A stretch of DNA of 64,000 nt. It comes from Balanoglossus misakiensis (Eukaryota > Animalia > Hemichordata). The position numbers and the translations under genes were made by a program. The number at the start of each line of letters is the position of its first letter. Within the stretch, counting starts at the first letter, position 1. Positions 38,314-51,600 of this stretch are shown here, in pieces. Below the pieces are notes generated by a model. That model saw only the letters and a list, made by a program, of their open reading frames with translations, did no database searches and had not been told where the DNA came from. The stretch spans positions 9,925,403-9,989,402 of the forward strand of contig CM082587.2 in assembly GCA_040954595.2 (NCBI GenBank). The letters run 5' to 3'.

Positions 38314-39028
38314 TTCCGTTTTCAGGGCTTACTTGAGTTACACAAGATACGCCAACTTGCAAATTACACCCCAAAAAACGGTGTAACTTGCATTGTCTCC
38401 TACATTTTGGCATTATTATAGATTTTGTTAAAGTAATAAAAATCTTGTTCTTTACAGTTAAACGTAGCATGACGGAGGTTTATAAAAATTCAAGACAAAA
38501 GTAACAGTTTGAATAGAATATTACCTGTCTATTAAGGACATATTTTCTGGTCCCAGAGGTCTGTACTTGTACTGATTCACTTTTGAACTAAAAGTCTTTC
38601 ATACATTTGCCCCAAAAAATTCAGAGAACAAATAAAATTAAAGCTGCAAGCAGCGTTGAAGGGGCCCAAGCATAGAGTTAATAACCATTAGACTCCATTC
38701 AGGGTTGTACCATTCAAATGCGTAGGCTGTATTTGCTCTGGATGTGGAGATATGGGGAAGTAGGCAACCACCCGAAATGGATGTCTTACAAATACAAACA
38801 CAACAACCAAAGGTGAACTTCTACGTTGTAAGTACTTCAGTTACTTCAAAGGTCAGCTGAGGGTACTCAAAAATTGGGCCAAAAATTAGGATTCTTATTT
38901 GGTTCATATTCAAGACAACAGAAAATCCTCGCTGTTTGGGTTTGTCAAATTAGATATGGCCATAATAATGAGTTATGCAAGTAAGTTACAGGTAGCCCCT
39001 AAAATTTAGCATTTCATGACGCAGAGGG

Positions 39029-40118
39029 CAGGGCTCGAAAATTCCCGCCGCCCGACGCCCGTGGCAAGTGAAATTTACGTCCGGGCAAGTAAAATCAAAA
39101 TTCCTGCCGCCCGACGGGCAAGTGTCACGGCGATAGGGAGACCGTGGTCATGTTGTGGCTAATGCCCAGCTATCAGAAATGTCAACTTTCTTTGAGTTTA
39201 CCGCTATCACAGCTGGCAATCGGCTTGAATGCAAAACACGAGCCCACTGATTTTTTTTCAAAGTTCTTTTCAATAAAGTCATGATACACTGTAGCAATAT
39301 TGTGATGGGCGACTGTCAGATTTTGTTGCATTGTCAAATTACGCGTAATCGTATTGCTAGATGCAGTTGCTATTTTTATTGGAAAAACCAATGAAATGGT
39401 CGATCTAACTAGTCAAATTCAAATTAGAATGGTTCAAAATAAATTCAGTTACGACTCTCGTAAGCCGACGGTGGCAGAGATTTGAAAAACAGCCATGAGT
39501 CTCTTGCGTTATTTTTCATCGAACGCATCTGGGTCAACTGACTCAAAGAAACGACGTGACCTCTCTGAATCTGAGGGAGCTTCTGAAAGTGACGCACGGT
39601 CAAAGCATCAGCGTTACGATGCAGACAAACGCCAAAGAAACTACCTTCCGAAATGGGAGGAACAGTGGCCATGGCTTACCTACAGCGAAAACAAAATGTT
39701 CTGTAAAGTTTGCCTAAAGTATCCGACGATCGCAAAATCCATGGGAAAGCGGAATGCGTTCTTCGATGGCTGCGACATATTCCGCGTGGAATCAATGAAG
39801 TCGCATGATAGTGGTCGTCCGCATCTGGAATGTTTAGCCCGTTATCGACGAGATAGTGCGGATGCTAGTGCTACGATTACACTGGGGGACACTCCAATAG
39901 GATTGGCTTTACGAAAGTTGACAACTGACCAACAACGCAAATACCGGAACCTGTTTACTACCGCGTTCATGCTGGCGAAACACGTAAACTTATTAGTGCG
40001 TAAATGTTGTCTTTCATGGTGAAAGGTTGGGGCAAGTCACTTTTCTTGGGGGGCAAGTGAAATTGAAAATTTGCTTGCCCGATGGCAAGTGGGTTATGAA
40101 AATTTTTTTCGAGGCCTG
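39029..40118 (+). mobile_element. Internally deleted hAT-family element with a 6-bp TSD
   Basis: agaggg|cagggctcgaaaa ... ttttcgaggcctg|agaggg, subterminal ggcaagt motifs, and the empty site gcagagggtcc at about 49710. Confidence 0.9.
39495..40022 (+). pseudogene. Truncated hAT transposase N-terminus (ZNF862-like TTF-type zinc finger)
   Basis: RNYLPKWEEQWPWL..MFCKVC..F..GC..FR..SH....H. The ORF ends before the DDE core. Confidence 0.85.
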
Positions 40119-40706
40119 AGAGGGTCCTACCCTACCCCTCCAAACACCTGGCTATACATGATGTGCATGCTAACATATGGAAAGCAGGTCAATGGACACC
40201 TGATGTCACCCAAAAATTTGACAAAAAATGTTCATTCCTGTTTATGTCATGTGCAACAAATCCTACATTTGCAGCCCTTTCACTTTGCCTACCATTAGGT
40301 ATGCACGTAATACATGAATCAAGCAGGTGTCGCAGGTATCCCCCTGTATTTGACATTTCATGATAGTTTCGCTCCGAATACCAAAGCTGCACTTGTACAA
40401 CGGGCTGAGATATGGCACTGTACGACAGAGGTCATCCAAATCAACTTATACATTTGGGCAAAAACAAACTGACACTTACATTCGTCCCTGTGGAACAAAA
40501 ACCACACCTATTGCCCTGTTGGTTAGTGTCCAATTAAATGTACAAAATCAATGACTTAGGCAGGTGCAACAGGTGACCCCGCCTTTGGTATATCTTTATG
40601 GTCCCATCCGTATATGCCCCCCCCCCCCCACGCCAAAGCTGCATGCATCTGCTGTGGATGCTCACTAAGCAAAAGTAGGTGAAATGTCACATAAGATCGC
40701 CCATAA

Positions 40707-41434
40707 GGCTGCATTCACAAACACCTATTGAGGGGGGGGGGGGAGAATTCAATTTTTTTACCGCTAATTTTCACATGCCCCCCGTACACAACCCGAAAAA
40801 TTTCAAATCCCCCCCTTCCGAACTGCCAAAATTTTGAAATCCCCCCCTCCCCATTTTCTTTCACAGAGCAAAACAGATCACCTAGTATCTATCTTGTAAA
40901 AAAAGAAAAACAGCGCTCCCATTTTTTAAGTATTTGTATCCTGTGTTGGGAGACATTGTAAACCGAGAATTGAAGGGGGTGGGTTTGGGAGCGTGTGCAC
41001 GTAAGAAAATTTTATAAAATACAGAGCTCAAAGCTGCATTTTAATGAACCCGGCAAAGGCAAATTAACTCAACTACCGGTATGTTGGGGAGGACAAATTT
41101 AACCGTCGACGCTCAGAGTCATGGGGTTGGGGCAAGTCCCCAAACCTGGGACACTAGATAAACCAATCAATGATTGAAAGGTGTTGATGAATGGAGGGGG
41201 TGGGTGTGGGAGGGGGTGTCCCCCTCCCCATTAGAAAATTTTGTAAAATAAAGGGCGCGAAACTGCATTTTTGTGGACTCAAAATAAATATTTAGTCGTC
41301 AAAGTTTTCAAGTCCCCCCCCTTTCAGTCCCTAAATTAGTTCAAATCCCCCCCCCTTACATACCCTCAATTTTTTCAAATCCCCCCCTCAATTCTCTTGC
41401 CCCCCCCCCTCCTGAGGATTTTGTGAATGCAGCC
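40707..41434. mobile_element. PIF/Harbinger-type MITE (copy 2)
   Basis: taa|ggctgcattcacaaa ... tttgtgaatgcagcc|taa. The empty site cccataacttgac at about 50297 confirms the TAA TSD. Confidence 0.93.
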
Positions 41435-43018
41435 TAACTTGACAGGAAAATCGGACTTCATATTGATCCATTTGCAACAAATACCACACTAGCATCCCTT
41501 TCATTGACCCCACAATTACGCATGCTCATAATTGAGTTACGCAGGTGTCACAGGTGACCCCCAAATCGGGCGTATTATTTTGGTCCCATACAGCTGCATG
41601 AAGCTGCGTGCCATTACGGGCGACCTGATAACCCCCACGGCCACCTGCGGGCCAACCCCCATACTGAATGTCCAGTTGCAACGTCACGACTGAAGTAGGA
41701 ACTTTTGAACGGCAACGACGCCTGATCTCTGATTATTGCTGGTTCCATACTCCCTTCGTGCAAGAAAATCATTGGTCTGCTGACGTATTTCGGCCACATT
41801 AGCGACTGAGGGTCAAAGTCCGCTGCCGCATTACATTGAATGTTAACCAGTGTAGCCGGGTCTAGATAGAAACATTTGAACGGCAACAGCTAACAAACTC
41901 AGTGTAATTCAATAAAACGCCCTAACACAGCCTGAACTCCAAAATTCATTCCGTGGAAAATAATCACTGGTCTGTTTACGTATTTCAGCCGATTTTCCAA
42001 GGACTACTGCAACCCGCCAGAAGTGAGTAGCGTGCTAATGAGATCTCCACAACATAACGTAATGACGGTCAAAGTCCGATGCCCCAGTGTCCGTCCTCAA
42101 AATGCGAAAAAATATTACAAAAATCTTCTTCTCAAAATCGACGTGGCCTAGGACCTTGAAATTTGGCACAGGGGATTTTGGCCACATGGTCTACAAAAAT
42201 CGCGAAAAGAATGTACATTCCCCCATTAACGTGCAAATTAGGTCAATTTGAAAATTTCGCTCGATTATAGCCACCAAGTCACGTGACTACTTACAAATTC
42301 AAAGGGCAGGTGCACTAGTACTCATGGGCCCCAATCATCGTGCCAAACTTCATAGGCGCAGGTGCCGGAATTTCAGAGAAAAACGGGAGCAAAAAAACGA
42401 CTCAAGAAGAAAGAAGAAAAACTCCAGCAATAACAGAAGGGGACCAAGCGCCTGAGGGCGCTTGGTCCCCTAATAAACTGGGGATGCAAACTCAGAAGGA
42501 AAAAAATGTTTGTGATGGCCGTGAAAAGGCTACAGGACTATAGCCCTGTAATTGTGTAGTGAGTTCTTACCCTGATGAGGTGGAAATAAGATGTCATTGT
42601 TGTGTGAAGTAGTTCTGTATCCTGCTGGAACACGTACGGTTGAAGCAACTCCAATAAGCCGAGAATGTGCGAGAAGAAGAGAAGATGGTGGCGAGATCAA
42701 AACTCGGGAAACGTCAGATGAACGCGTCCTTTCAAGGCGGCTGAAATCATGGCCATTTATCTGAAATTTGAAAATGAGATAAATAGGACATCCAATCAGG
42801 TCCAATAATCAATATCGTTCAAGCTAAGCTTATTACCAGGTCCAAGACAGAAATAAGAGGAAAATAACAATAATATAAAGTAGTATTACAATATGTTTGG
42901 TATGAATCCAGGTCTCTGATTGGCTGGAGCCAGGGTTTATATTCATAACTGGACGGCCTGAAATATTTTGACAGGTCTAAACCAATATGTGACCGCCTTG
43001 ATTTCATAATGAAGACCT

Positions 43019-44010
43019 CAGTCAGGACGTAAGTGGGGTAATTAAGGCGGTGAGATCAAAGAGATCTATTTGAATGTGAACGTTGCTGAGTGGCAGTTAC
43101 GGCCAGTTGGAAAAATTTTCAAACGGAGATTTTCGGTACTACAAGTGATCGTAGTGCATCCATTTTTCTAAGACGTGTATGAAACACCATAGTCAATGAT
43201 AGGATGATTTTTCGTGAAGTTTTAACGACGCGTTCCCGAGATAGACAGTTTCGGTATGTTGGTTTAAATAGTGGTCCTTGACTCTCGGCAAAGATTTCTT
43301 GTCTTGAAAAAAATTGTGTAGGTTAGGAAGATATTGAACTAAGTTACCGTGAAATTATAATAGTGTGAGCCGCTCCGTTGTGGAGTAATGACGGTGTAAA
43401 AATTGCCTTCGCCATCGACGAGTACAGCCGTGTTTGCCATATGTGTATGCATTGAAGTAGGTCAACGCATGTTAACCCATGACGTAATGGCTTCCTTTTC
43501 AACGCGTCGTTATCTCTCATTAGCATATTACATACGGAGTCTATACACTATTCACGCTGACTGACTTCTCAGGACTGACCTATGGCACTGTAAATTGTGG
43601 TCCTTGACTCTCGGCATGGATATATTCATGTCAAAATTATGAATAGAGGAGTTTAATAATGTTTCTAAAACCTGAGGGGGTTAATTTTTGTGTGGGTATG
43701 GCTGATATTTTTTTTTTGATTTTTTAACTTCAAGGTCACTTTGAATTTCGTGATCACAATTTTGTCAGTGGAAGTAAAGAAATTCTTCTCGATAAAACTT
43801 CATGAAAAATCACATGTAGTACACTCATAGTACCAGTAATGTGCCTGGGCTGAAATAATTGTCAGAAATGGGTTGCAAGTTGCTTAACTTTCGTTGTGAA
43901 AAAAGTTGAAAAACTGTATGCAAATGAGCAATTCAAACGTTACTGGCCAGTTTCAGTGTTTGCATTGCATGATCCCCTGCGGTTTAATTACCCCACTTAC
44001 GTCCTGACTG
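43019..44010. mobile_element. Non-autonomous DNA transposon with a ~27-bp TIR and 3-bp TSD
   Basis: cct|cagtcaggacgtaagtggggtaattaa ... ttaattaccccacttacgtcctgactg|cct. Confidence 0.85.
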
Positions 44011-44687
44011 CCTCACTGATGTATAAAAAATACAATCTAATCTGTGCAACTATTTTATGCCTACCTGCTCAGTCATTACCCTGTCCTTTTGGATAATTAT
44101 TTCGTTCAAATCACTGATAGTTCTATCCTGAGAAATTTAAGATATAAATAAGAATTACAATATGTTTGATATGAATCCAGCTCTCTGATTGGCTGGAGCC
44201 ATAGACCATGAGCCAGTAGGGGTTTACCTCGAACAACAGGGAAGTATTTGGTATCAAAAGAAAGCTTAATAAACAAGCTTTCCATTAATTACAAAATAAA
44301 AGTGATATGACTAATCATGACATCATAGTGACGTCATAAGTCAAAATACCCTTACGAAAATGGTGTTCTGTTCACCTATAAATGTGAGGTTTTGCAAAAC
44401 ATGTCTCTGTGCAATTGTACTGATGAAAACTGATGAAAACTGTGATGTGTTTGGTATCAACAGAAAGCTGATTGAGTAAAGTATCTAATTATTGCAAAAA
44501 ATTGATATAATAATCAATTACGTCATTATTACGTCATACTTCCAAGTACCCTTACCAATTAGTGACTATGATGACAAGTTATTACCCTAGGAGATAGGTG
44601 CTTTTAAATAAAAAAATTGGTAAGGAAGGTTTGTGAAGTCCATTCTATTTAAAAAATGGTGCTGATTCCAAAAAAGTCAGTCTTATT

Positions 44688-45580
44688 GACCCCACCCAAG
44701 AAAAAATTGCCATTTTGGCACTTTTTAACCCAAAAAAGGTCATTTTTAGAAAACACTAAAAACACACTGTTTTCGTCACATTCGAAGATCTGATGACATA
44801 TGATATGCCTATTCTATGTAAAATTTGGTTGATATTACGAAAAAAGCAGTCTGACTGACCCCACCCAAGAAAAAATTGCCATTTTGGCACTTTTTAACCC
44901 AAAAAAGGTCATTTTTAGAAAACACTAAAAACACACTGTTTTCGTCACATTGGAAGATCTGATGACATATGATATGCCTATTCTATGTAAAATTTGGTTG
45001 ATATTACGAAAAAAAGCAGTCTGACTGACCCCACCCAAGAAAAAATTGCCATTTTGGCACTTTTTAACCCAAAAAAGGTCATTTTTAGAAAACACTAAAA
45101 ACACACTGTTTTCGTCACATTCGAAGATCTGATGACATATGATATGCCTGTTCTATGTAAAATTTGGTTGATATTACCAAAAAAGCAGTCTGACTGACCC
45201 CAAACGAGACAGAATTACCTTTTTGACCATTTTTTGCCCAAAAACGTCATTTTTAGACAAAACTTATAACACACTCTACTCTTCATATTGATTGATTTGA
45301 TGATATATGGAAAGTCAATTCTATGTGTAAAGTGGTGACTATAAAACATAAAGCAATCTTTTTGACCCCAATCAATACAAAAATGCCATTTTTGGCCACA
45401 TTTTTGAGGTCAAAAAGGTCATTTTTACAAAAAAAACTAAAAACAAACTGTTTTCTTCATATTCAGAGATCTGATTATGTATGAAAAGTCCATTCTATGT
45501 AAAAAAAAAAAAAATCTGATTGACCCCATTCTAGTCAAAATTGCGTTTTTGGCAATTTATTGCCTAAAAAGACCTACTTA
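44688..45580. repeat. ~169-bp subterminal tandem repeat, 5-6 copies, diverging rightwards
   Basis: gacccca motif at 44688, 44857, 45027, 45196, 45364 and 45522. Confidence 0.9.
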
Positions 45581-45681
45581 AGACAAATTTATCATTTTAA
45601 ACATTTTTTAGAGAAAAAAATGTTTGCAACTAATTAATTACAGTTTTCAAATCAGGCAGTGTGTGTCATGAATGCTTCCCT

Positions 45682-48600
45682 CTAGTAGTGGTCTGTTTCT
45701 GAATACTAGATAAATACAATTTTGCATAAACATGACAAAGACGCCAACAATAATTTGCACACTCACCTTCTCTGCATCATTATTTTTGATGGTTTCTTTC
45801 AAAACATTGATTTCGTCTTCTTTCTCCTGCACCTGTGCTCTCAGGTTACTGGAAGGTTGAGTCTTGCATGGCAGAAATAATATAGAGAAATATAAGTTGG
45901 ATACATGTTCGCCTTTTTCCAGCTTTAAGTTGAGCAAAATGTTCAAATGGTGGTTATGTTTTATGTCATACTGGACTTTCAACATAACTCAGTGAGATGT
46001 ATAAATGGGGATTCACCATCCAACATTTTACTGCATGCACCATTGGTAAACGATTTCAGAGAAGAAGCTTTGTGACAAATTAGGAAAATGACAAGAAAAA
46101 TTATAAAAATAAACTACATTAGCCCAAAACAACTGTATGAGGTCCACATAAACATGTATGTGTTGATATGGTACCCCGTTTTCAAAAGAATTGTGAGTTA
46201 GCTGGATTTTCATAATCTAGTGACAAGTACAGTAGAGCACAAGAGAGAAAGTCTCTGGAAGTACGTACATGTAGGATGGTAAGTATGGGAGAAGGATGTG
46301 ATGATGTCACATAGGCTTTTTAGAAAGATGCCAATCATAAGGGATATTTCTTGGTCATATCAGTGTTTTCTCAAGAAAACTAGATGGTTGATTAGACTGT
46401 TCATGACACTGGCAGCACTCACTCACATAGTTGGCAACAGTTGCTTCCAATAACCATTACTACATTAGTCATATGGTATTATAGAGAAGATTCTTCATGG
46501 CCTTTACACATCTATAGATAATTGGCTCCCACAGGACATGATCACCAATAAATAATCTTCTGATGAATATAAGTAAATTTGAAAGAAACTTACCTGAGTT
46601 TTGTTTTCTTTACACAGTTCTTTAAACTGTTGCACAGTTATTTTATGATCTATAAGTTTGTTCAAAAAACCAATGAGGGTGCCTTCAGGGACATACTTGG
46701 CATTTTGAAACATTGTTTGTTTACAAATGTTTGATGCATTTCTGAGTCCCCTCAGTACACCCTCATTGTACAACTTAACCATCCTTTTAGATAAAGAAAA
46801 TAACTGGTTGGAAAACAAGGCCACTGCCATATGGGTGTAATAATTTTCATTTGGTATACCACATGCTTTTTCCTGCAAAAGGAACGTGAAAGGGAACTCT
46901 GTTAAAATTTTATCAGATAGCATTTAAAAAGTTGAACAGGCTGTCCATAACATTGAAAATCAGTATACATTGTTGAAGCTCACTTTACAACTTCAACCAT
47001 GCATCAAAGTTAGGGAGTGTACGGTTATTATAACCAGGGGTGGGCCAGCAAAGTTGTCTTACCTTCCCCCAAAATAAAATCTTAGATTCTCTCACAACCT
47101 CATTGCCTGGCAAGAGTTTGCTACACAAAGCTATGATGGTTCGGTCCTCACTATGGCACAGTGTACTGACACAGAGAACCATACCTACATGTATGTGAGA
47201 GAAGAATGCTTCATGCTTACCTTTTTTGATTTATACAGTTTGTTTTTGTTCTCTGGGAAGTCTTGAATAATTCGTCTGGCATCCTCGGACCATGTCCTAT
47301 CCTTCTTTGGGGGATCGTGGTTGCCATATTTTTCCAGAATCGATTTCCGGAAAATTTGCACAATTTCCCAAAACCTCCCCAAGTCTTCCTCTTCCTCCCC
47401 ATCCATGGTGACAGGTGTTGAGCTAAAAAAAGGTGAATCACTTGTTAAAGGTGCAGTATGTGATATCATGACAAATATAATTAAAGCTGCAAGCAGCATT
47501 GTCGGGCCCAAGCGCTGATCTTGAATTATATATGCACAGTATGAATGAGAAGAAATAGAATTTTCTATCGGGTGTATTATCTCATGACATAACAAGGACG
47601 TATGTATTTTTGCTGCTGAAATAGGGTGAAGTAGGTCAAAGGTCACCTGAGGTCACCCAACATTTGGGCAATTTTTTTTTTACCCATACTGGTCCATGTC
47701 CAACAAAAACCAAAACTCTAGCTCTATTGGTTCGCCTGTAATTAGGTATGTGCATATTTAATGAGGTCAGCAGGTGTAACAGGTGACCAAAAAATGTGGC
47801 TTTACATTTTGGTCCCATGCTGCCAAATGCCATGGCTGTATCTGCTCTGGATGCTGAGATATGCGAAAGTAGGTCAAAGGTCACCAGAGGTCACCCAAAA
47901 TTTGGGCAAAAATTTTGATCCCATACTGGTCCATGTCCAACAAAAACCAAACCTCTAGCTCTATTGGTTCGCCTGTAATTAGCTATGCACATAATTAATG
48001 AGGTCAGCAGTGGTCAAAGGGGTCATGAAAAGTAGCAAAATATTTTGATCACACACTAATCCACATTCATCAAAAACCAAACGTCTAGCCTTATAGGTTA
48101 GCCTGGAATTAGATATGCAGAAATAATAACGCGTGATAAGTAGGTCAAAGGTCATGTGAAAAATCGCCAATAAATTGTAACATATTTTAGTCACATGACG
48201 ATTGATATCCATAAAAAGAATTTATATGCTATCAATTTTTAGACTAGAAAAAGGAATTTCAATTTGTCACTGCTTTTTACAAAATCCAATATGGCCGCCA
48301 TAATCTTCGACCAATCACAATGCTCTTTGCAAACTTGATAGACATCAGTGTAGTGACCATACTCCCCAAATCTTGCGACTCAGTCATCGCCCGTTCTGGA
48401 GAAGAAGATTTTTGGAGTTTAACTATGGTTTTTCGAAAATCCAATATGGCCGCCATAATCTCCGACCAATCACAATGCTTCTTATCAAACTTGATAGACA
48501 TCAGTTAGGTGACCACATACCCCAAACCACATGTCTCGGTTATCACTGGTTCTGGAGAAGAAGATTTTTGAAATTTAAGCCAGATTTGAGAAAAACAACT

Positions 48601-51600
48601 GTAGCAAAAAAACTGCAACATTGACAGCAAAATTTCCAATTACACAAATGATGGGTAGAAGGTAGTCTACCTGCATGCCAAATTTGAAGTCGATCTGACT
48701 TGAAGTTTCTGAGATCTGAGATTTGATTTTTTTCAGAAAATCCAATATGGCCGCCAGGTCACGTGACTAATTAAGTATTCACAGGTCACTGCACATCTAC
48801 TCATTGACCTTGACCACTGTAGCAAGTTTGAGAAGTGTACCTGCAGCGGTGTCTGAGATCTCGTTGCCCAAAGAATTGACACAAGAATAAAGAAAGAAAG
48901 AAAGAAAGAAAAATTCCAACGAAACCAATAGGGCCCAAGCGCTTGCGTGCGCTTGGGCCCTAATTATATTCTTACAAGCATAAGCTTTTCATCCGTGGGC
49001 AATTTTGATGATTTTAGTTTGAAATACAAACTGTATTATATGAATGTTATTGTGCTTATTAAATATACATAGTATCCTATTATTGTACTCTTGTAGTCAG
49101 AGAATCAGCACATTAGTTGCTATATGAAACTGTTTTTGACCCTCCTTAAGACTTAATATGTATACTTTGTTGGTATGGTCTTAAGGATAGTCTCAATAAC
49201 AATTTCAGTTGCAACTATGTAATTATTTATAAATGTATCCAACATATACTGATCCATTATCCACACATGAACAATGACAAATACCCATTAAGGTGATAAG
49301 CACAAGTACATGTCTTGTTTCAAATTAAAATAATAATTAAAGCTGCAAGCAGCATTGAAGGGGCCCAAGCATAGAGTTAATAACCATTAGACTCCATTCA
49401 GGGTTGTACCATTCAAATGCGTAGGCTGTATTTGCTCTGGATGTAGAGAAATGGGGAAGTAGGCAACCACCCGAAATGGATGTCTTACAAGTACAAACAC
49501 AACAATCAAAGGTGAACTTCTACGTTGTAAGTACTTCAGTAAGTATACTTCAAATGTCAGCTGAGGGTATCCAAAAATTGGGCCAAAAATTAGGATTCTT
49601 ATTTGGTTCATATTCAAGACAACGGAAAATCCTCGCTGTTTGGGTTTGTCAAATTAGATATGGCCATAATAATGAGTTACGCGAATAAGTTACAGGTGGC
49701 CCCCATGACGCAGAGGGTCCTACCCTACCCCTCCAAACACCTGGCTATATATGATGTGCGTGCTAACATATGGAAAGCAGGTCAATGGAAACCTGAGGTC
49801 ACCCAAAAATTTGACAAAAAATTTTCATTCCTGCTTATGTCATGTGCAACAAATCCTACATTTGCAGCCCTTTCACTTTGCCTACCATTAGGTATGCACG
49901 TAATACATGAATCAAGCAGGTGTCGCAGGTATCCCCCTGTATTTGACATTTCATGATAGTTTCATCCCTCCAAATACCAAAGCTGCACCTGTACAACAGG
50001 CTGAGATATGGCACTGTACGACAAAGGTCATCCAAATCAACTTATACATTTGGGCAAAAACAAACTGACACTTACATTCGTCCCTGTGGAACAAAAACCA
50101 CACCAATTGCCCTGTTGGTTAGTGTCCAATTAAATGTACAAAATCAATGACTTAGGCAGGTGCAACAGGGGACCCCGCCTTTGGTATATCATTATGGTCC
50201 CATCCGTATATGCCCCCCCCCCCCCAACGCCAAAGCTGCATGCATCTGCTGTGGATGCTCACTAAGCAAAAGTAGGTGAAATGTCACATAATGTCGCCCA
50301 TAACTTGACAGGAAAATCGGACTTCAAATTGATCCATGTGCAACAAATACCACGCTAGCATCCCTTTCATTGACTCCACAATTACGCATGCACATAATTG
50401 AGTTACACATGTGTCACAGGTGACCCCCGAATCGGGCGTCTTACTAGTATTTTGGTCCCATACATCTGCATGAAGCTGCGTGCCATTACGGGTGACCTGA
50501 TAACCCCAACGGCCACCTGTGGGCCGACCCCCATACTGAACGTCCAGTTGCAACGTCACGACTGAAGTAGGAACTGTTGAACGGCAAAGAAGCCTGATCT
50601 CTGATTATTGCTGGTTCCATACTCCCTTCGTGCAAGAAAATCACTGGTCTGCTGATGTATTTCGGCCACATTAGCGATTGAGGGTCAAAGTCCGCCGCCG
50701 CATTACATTGAATGTTAACCAGTGTAGCCGGGTCTGGATAGAAAGATTTGAACGGCAACAGCTAACAAACTCAGCATAATTCAATAAAACGCCCTAACAC
50801 AGCCTGAACTCAGTTAATGTGTTGTCCCAAAATTCATTCCGTGGAAAATAATCACTGGTCAGTTTACGTATTTCAGCCGATTTTCCAAGGACTACTGCAA
50901 CCCGCCAGAAGTGAGTAGCCTACTAATGGGATCTCCACAACATTACGTAATGATGGTCAAAGTCCGATGCCCCAGTGTCCGTCCTCAGCCCACCAAAAAA
51001 TGCGAAAAATACTACAAAAATCTTCTTCTCAAAATCGACGTGGCCTAGGACCTTGAAATTTGGCACAGGGGATTTTGGCCACATGGTCTACAAAAATCGC
51101 GAAAAGAATGTACATGCCCCCATTAACGTGCAAATAAGGTCAATTTGAAAATTTCGCTCGATTATAGCCACCAAGTCACGTGACTAATTACAAATTCAAA
51201 GGGCAGGTGCACCAGTACTCATGGGCCCCAATCACCGTGCCAAATTTCAAGGTCTTAGGCCACGTCGATTTTGAGAAAAACGGGAGCAAAAAAAACGACT
51301 CAAGAAGAAAGAAGAAGAACTCCAGCAATAACAGAAGGGGACCAAGCGCCCTCAGGCGCTTGGTCCCCTAAAAAGGAAATGCAAAATGATGCACAGCTCT
51401 AATTGAACCAGAAATTGAATTTGTCTAGTGGAACTGATTTGTGCAACAGGAATAACATTATGCTGCAACTGACCATTACGTAATTCATTTGTTTCACATT
51501 AGTTTTCACATTGTCTTCCACCACAATTAAACTTCTCTGCAGAGTACACTCTTTGTTGTAAATTTGACATCAAGAAACACTGTCTTCAGAAAATATTTAC

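Larger units (their letters stand above)
33290..38522 (+). mobile_element. Tyrosine-recombinase retrotransposon (DIRS/PAT group)
   Basis: Order gag-like, RT/RNaseH/MT, then overlapping YR. It appears to interrupt a Tc1/pogo-like remnant (tacagtgaaacctgtc..ggaca / cctgtctattaaggaca). Ends are approximate. Confidence 0.9.
38638..42473 (-). mobile_element. Helentron-associated non-autonomous element (HINE/DINE-1-like), copy A
   Basis: One end has aaagctgcaagcagc (mini stem-loop) plus gggcccaagc; the other has a 15-bp-stem hairpin aggggaccaagcgcc. Colinear with 49338-51372 apart from two nested insertions. Confidence 0.75.
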
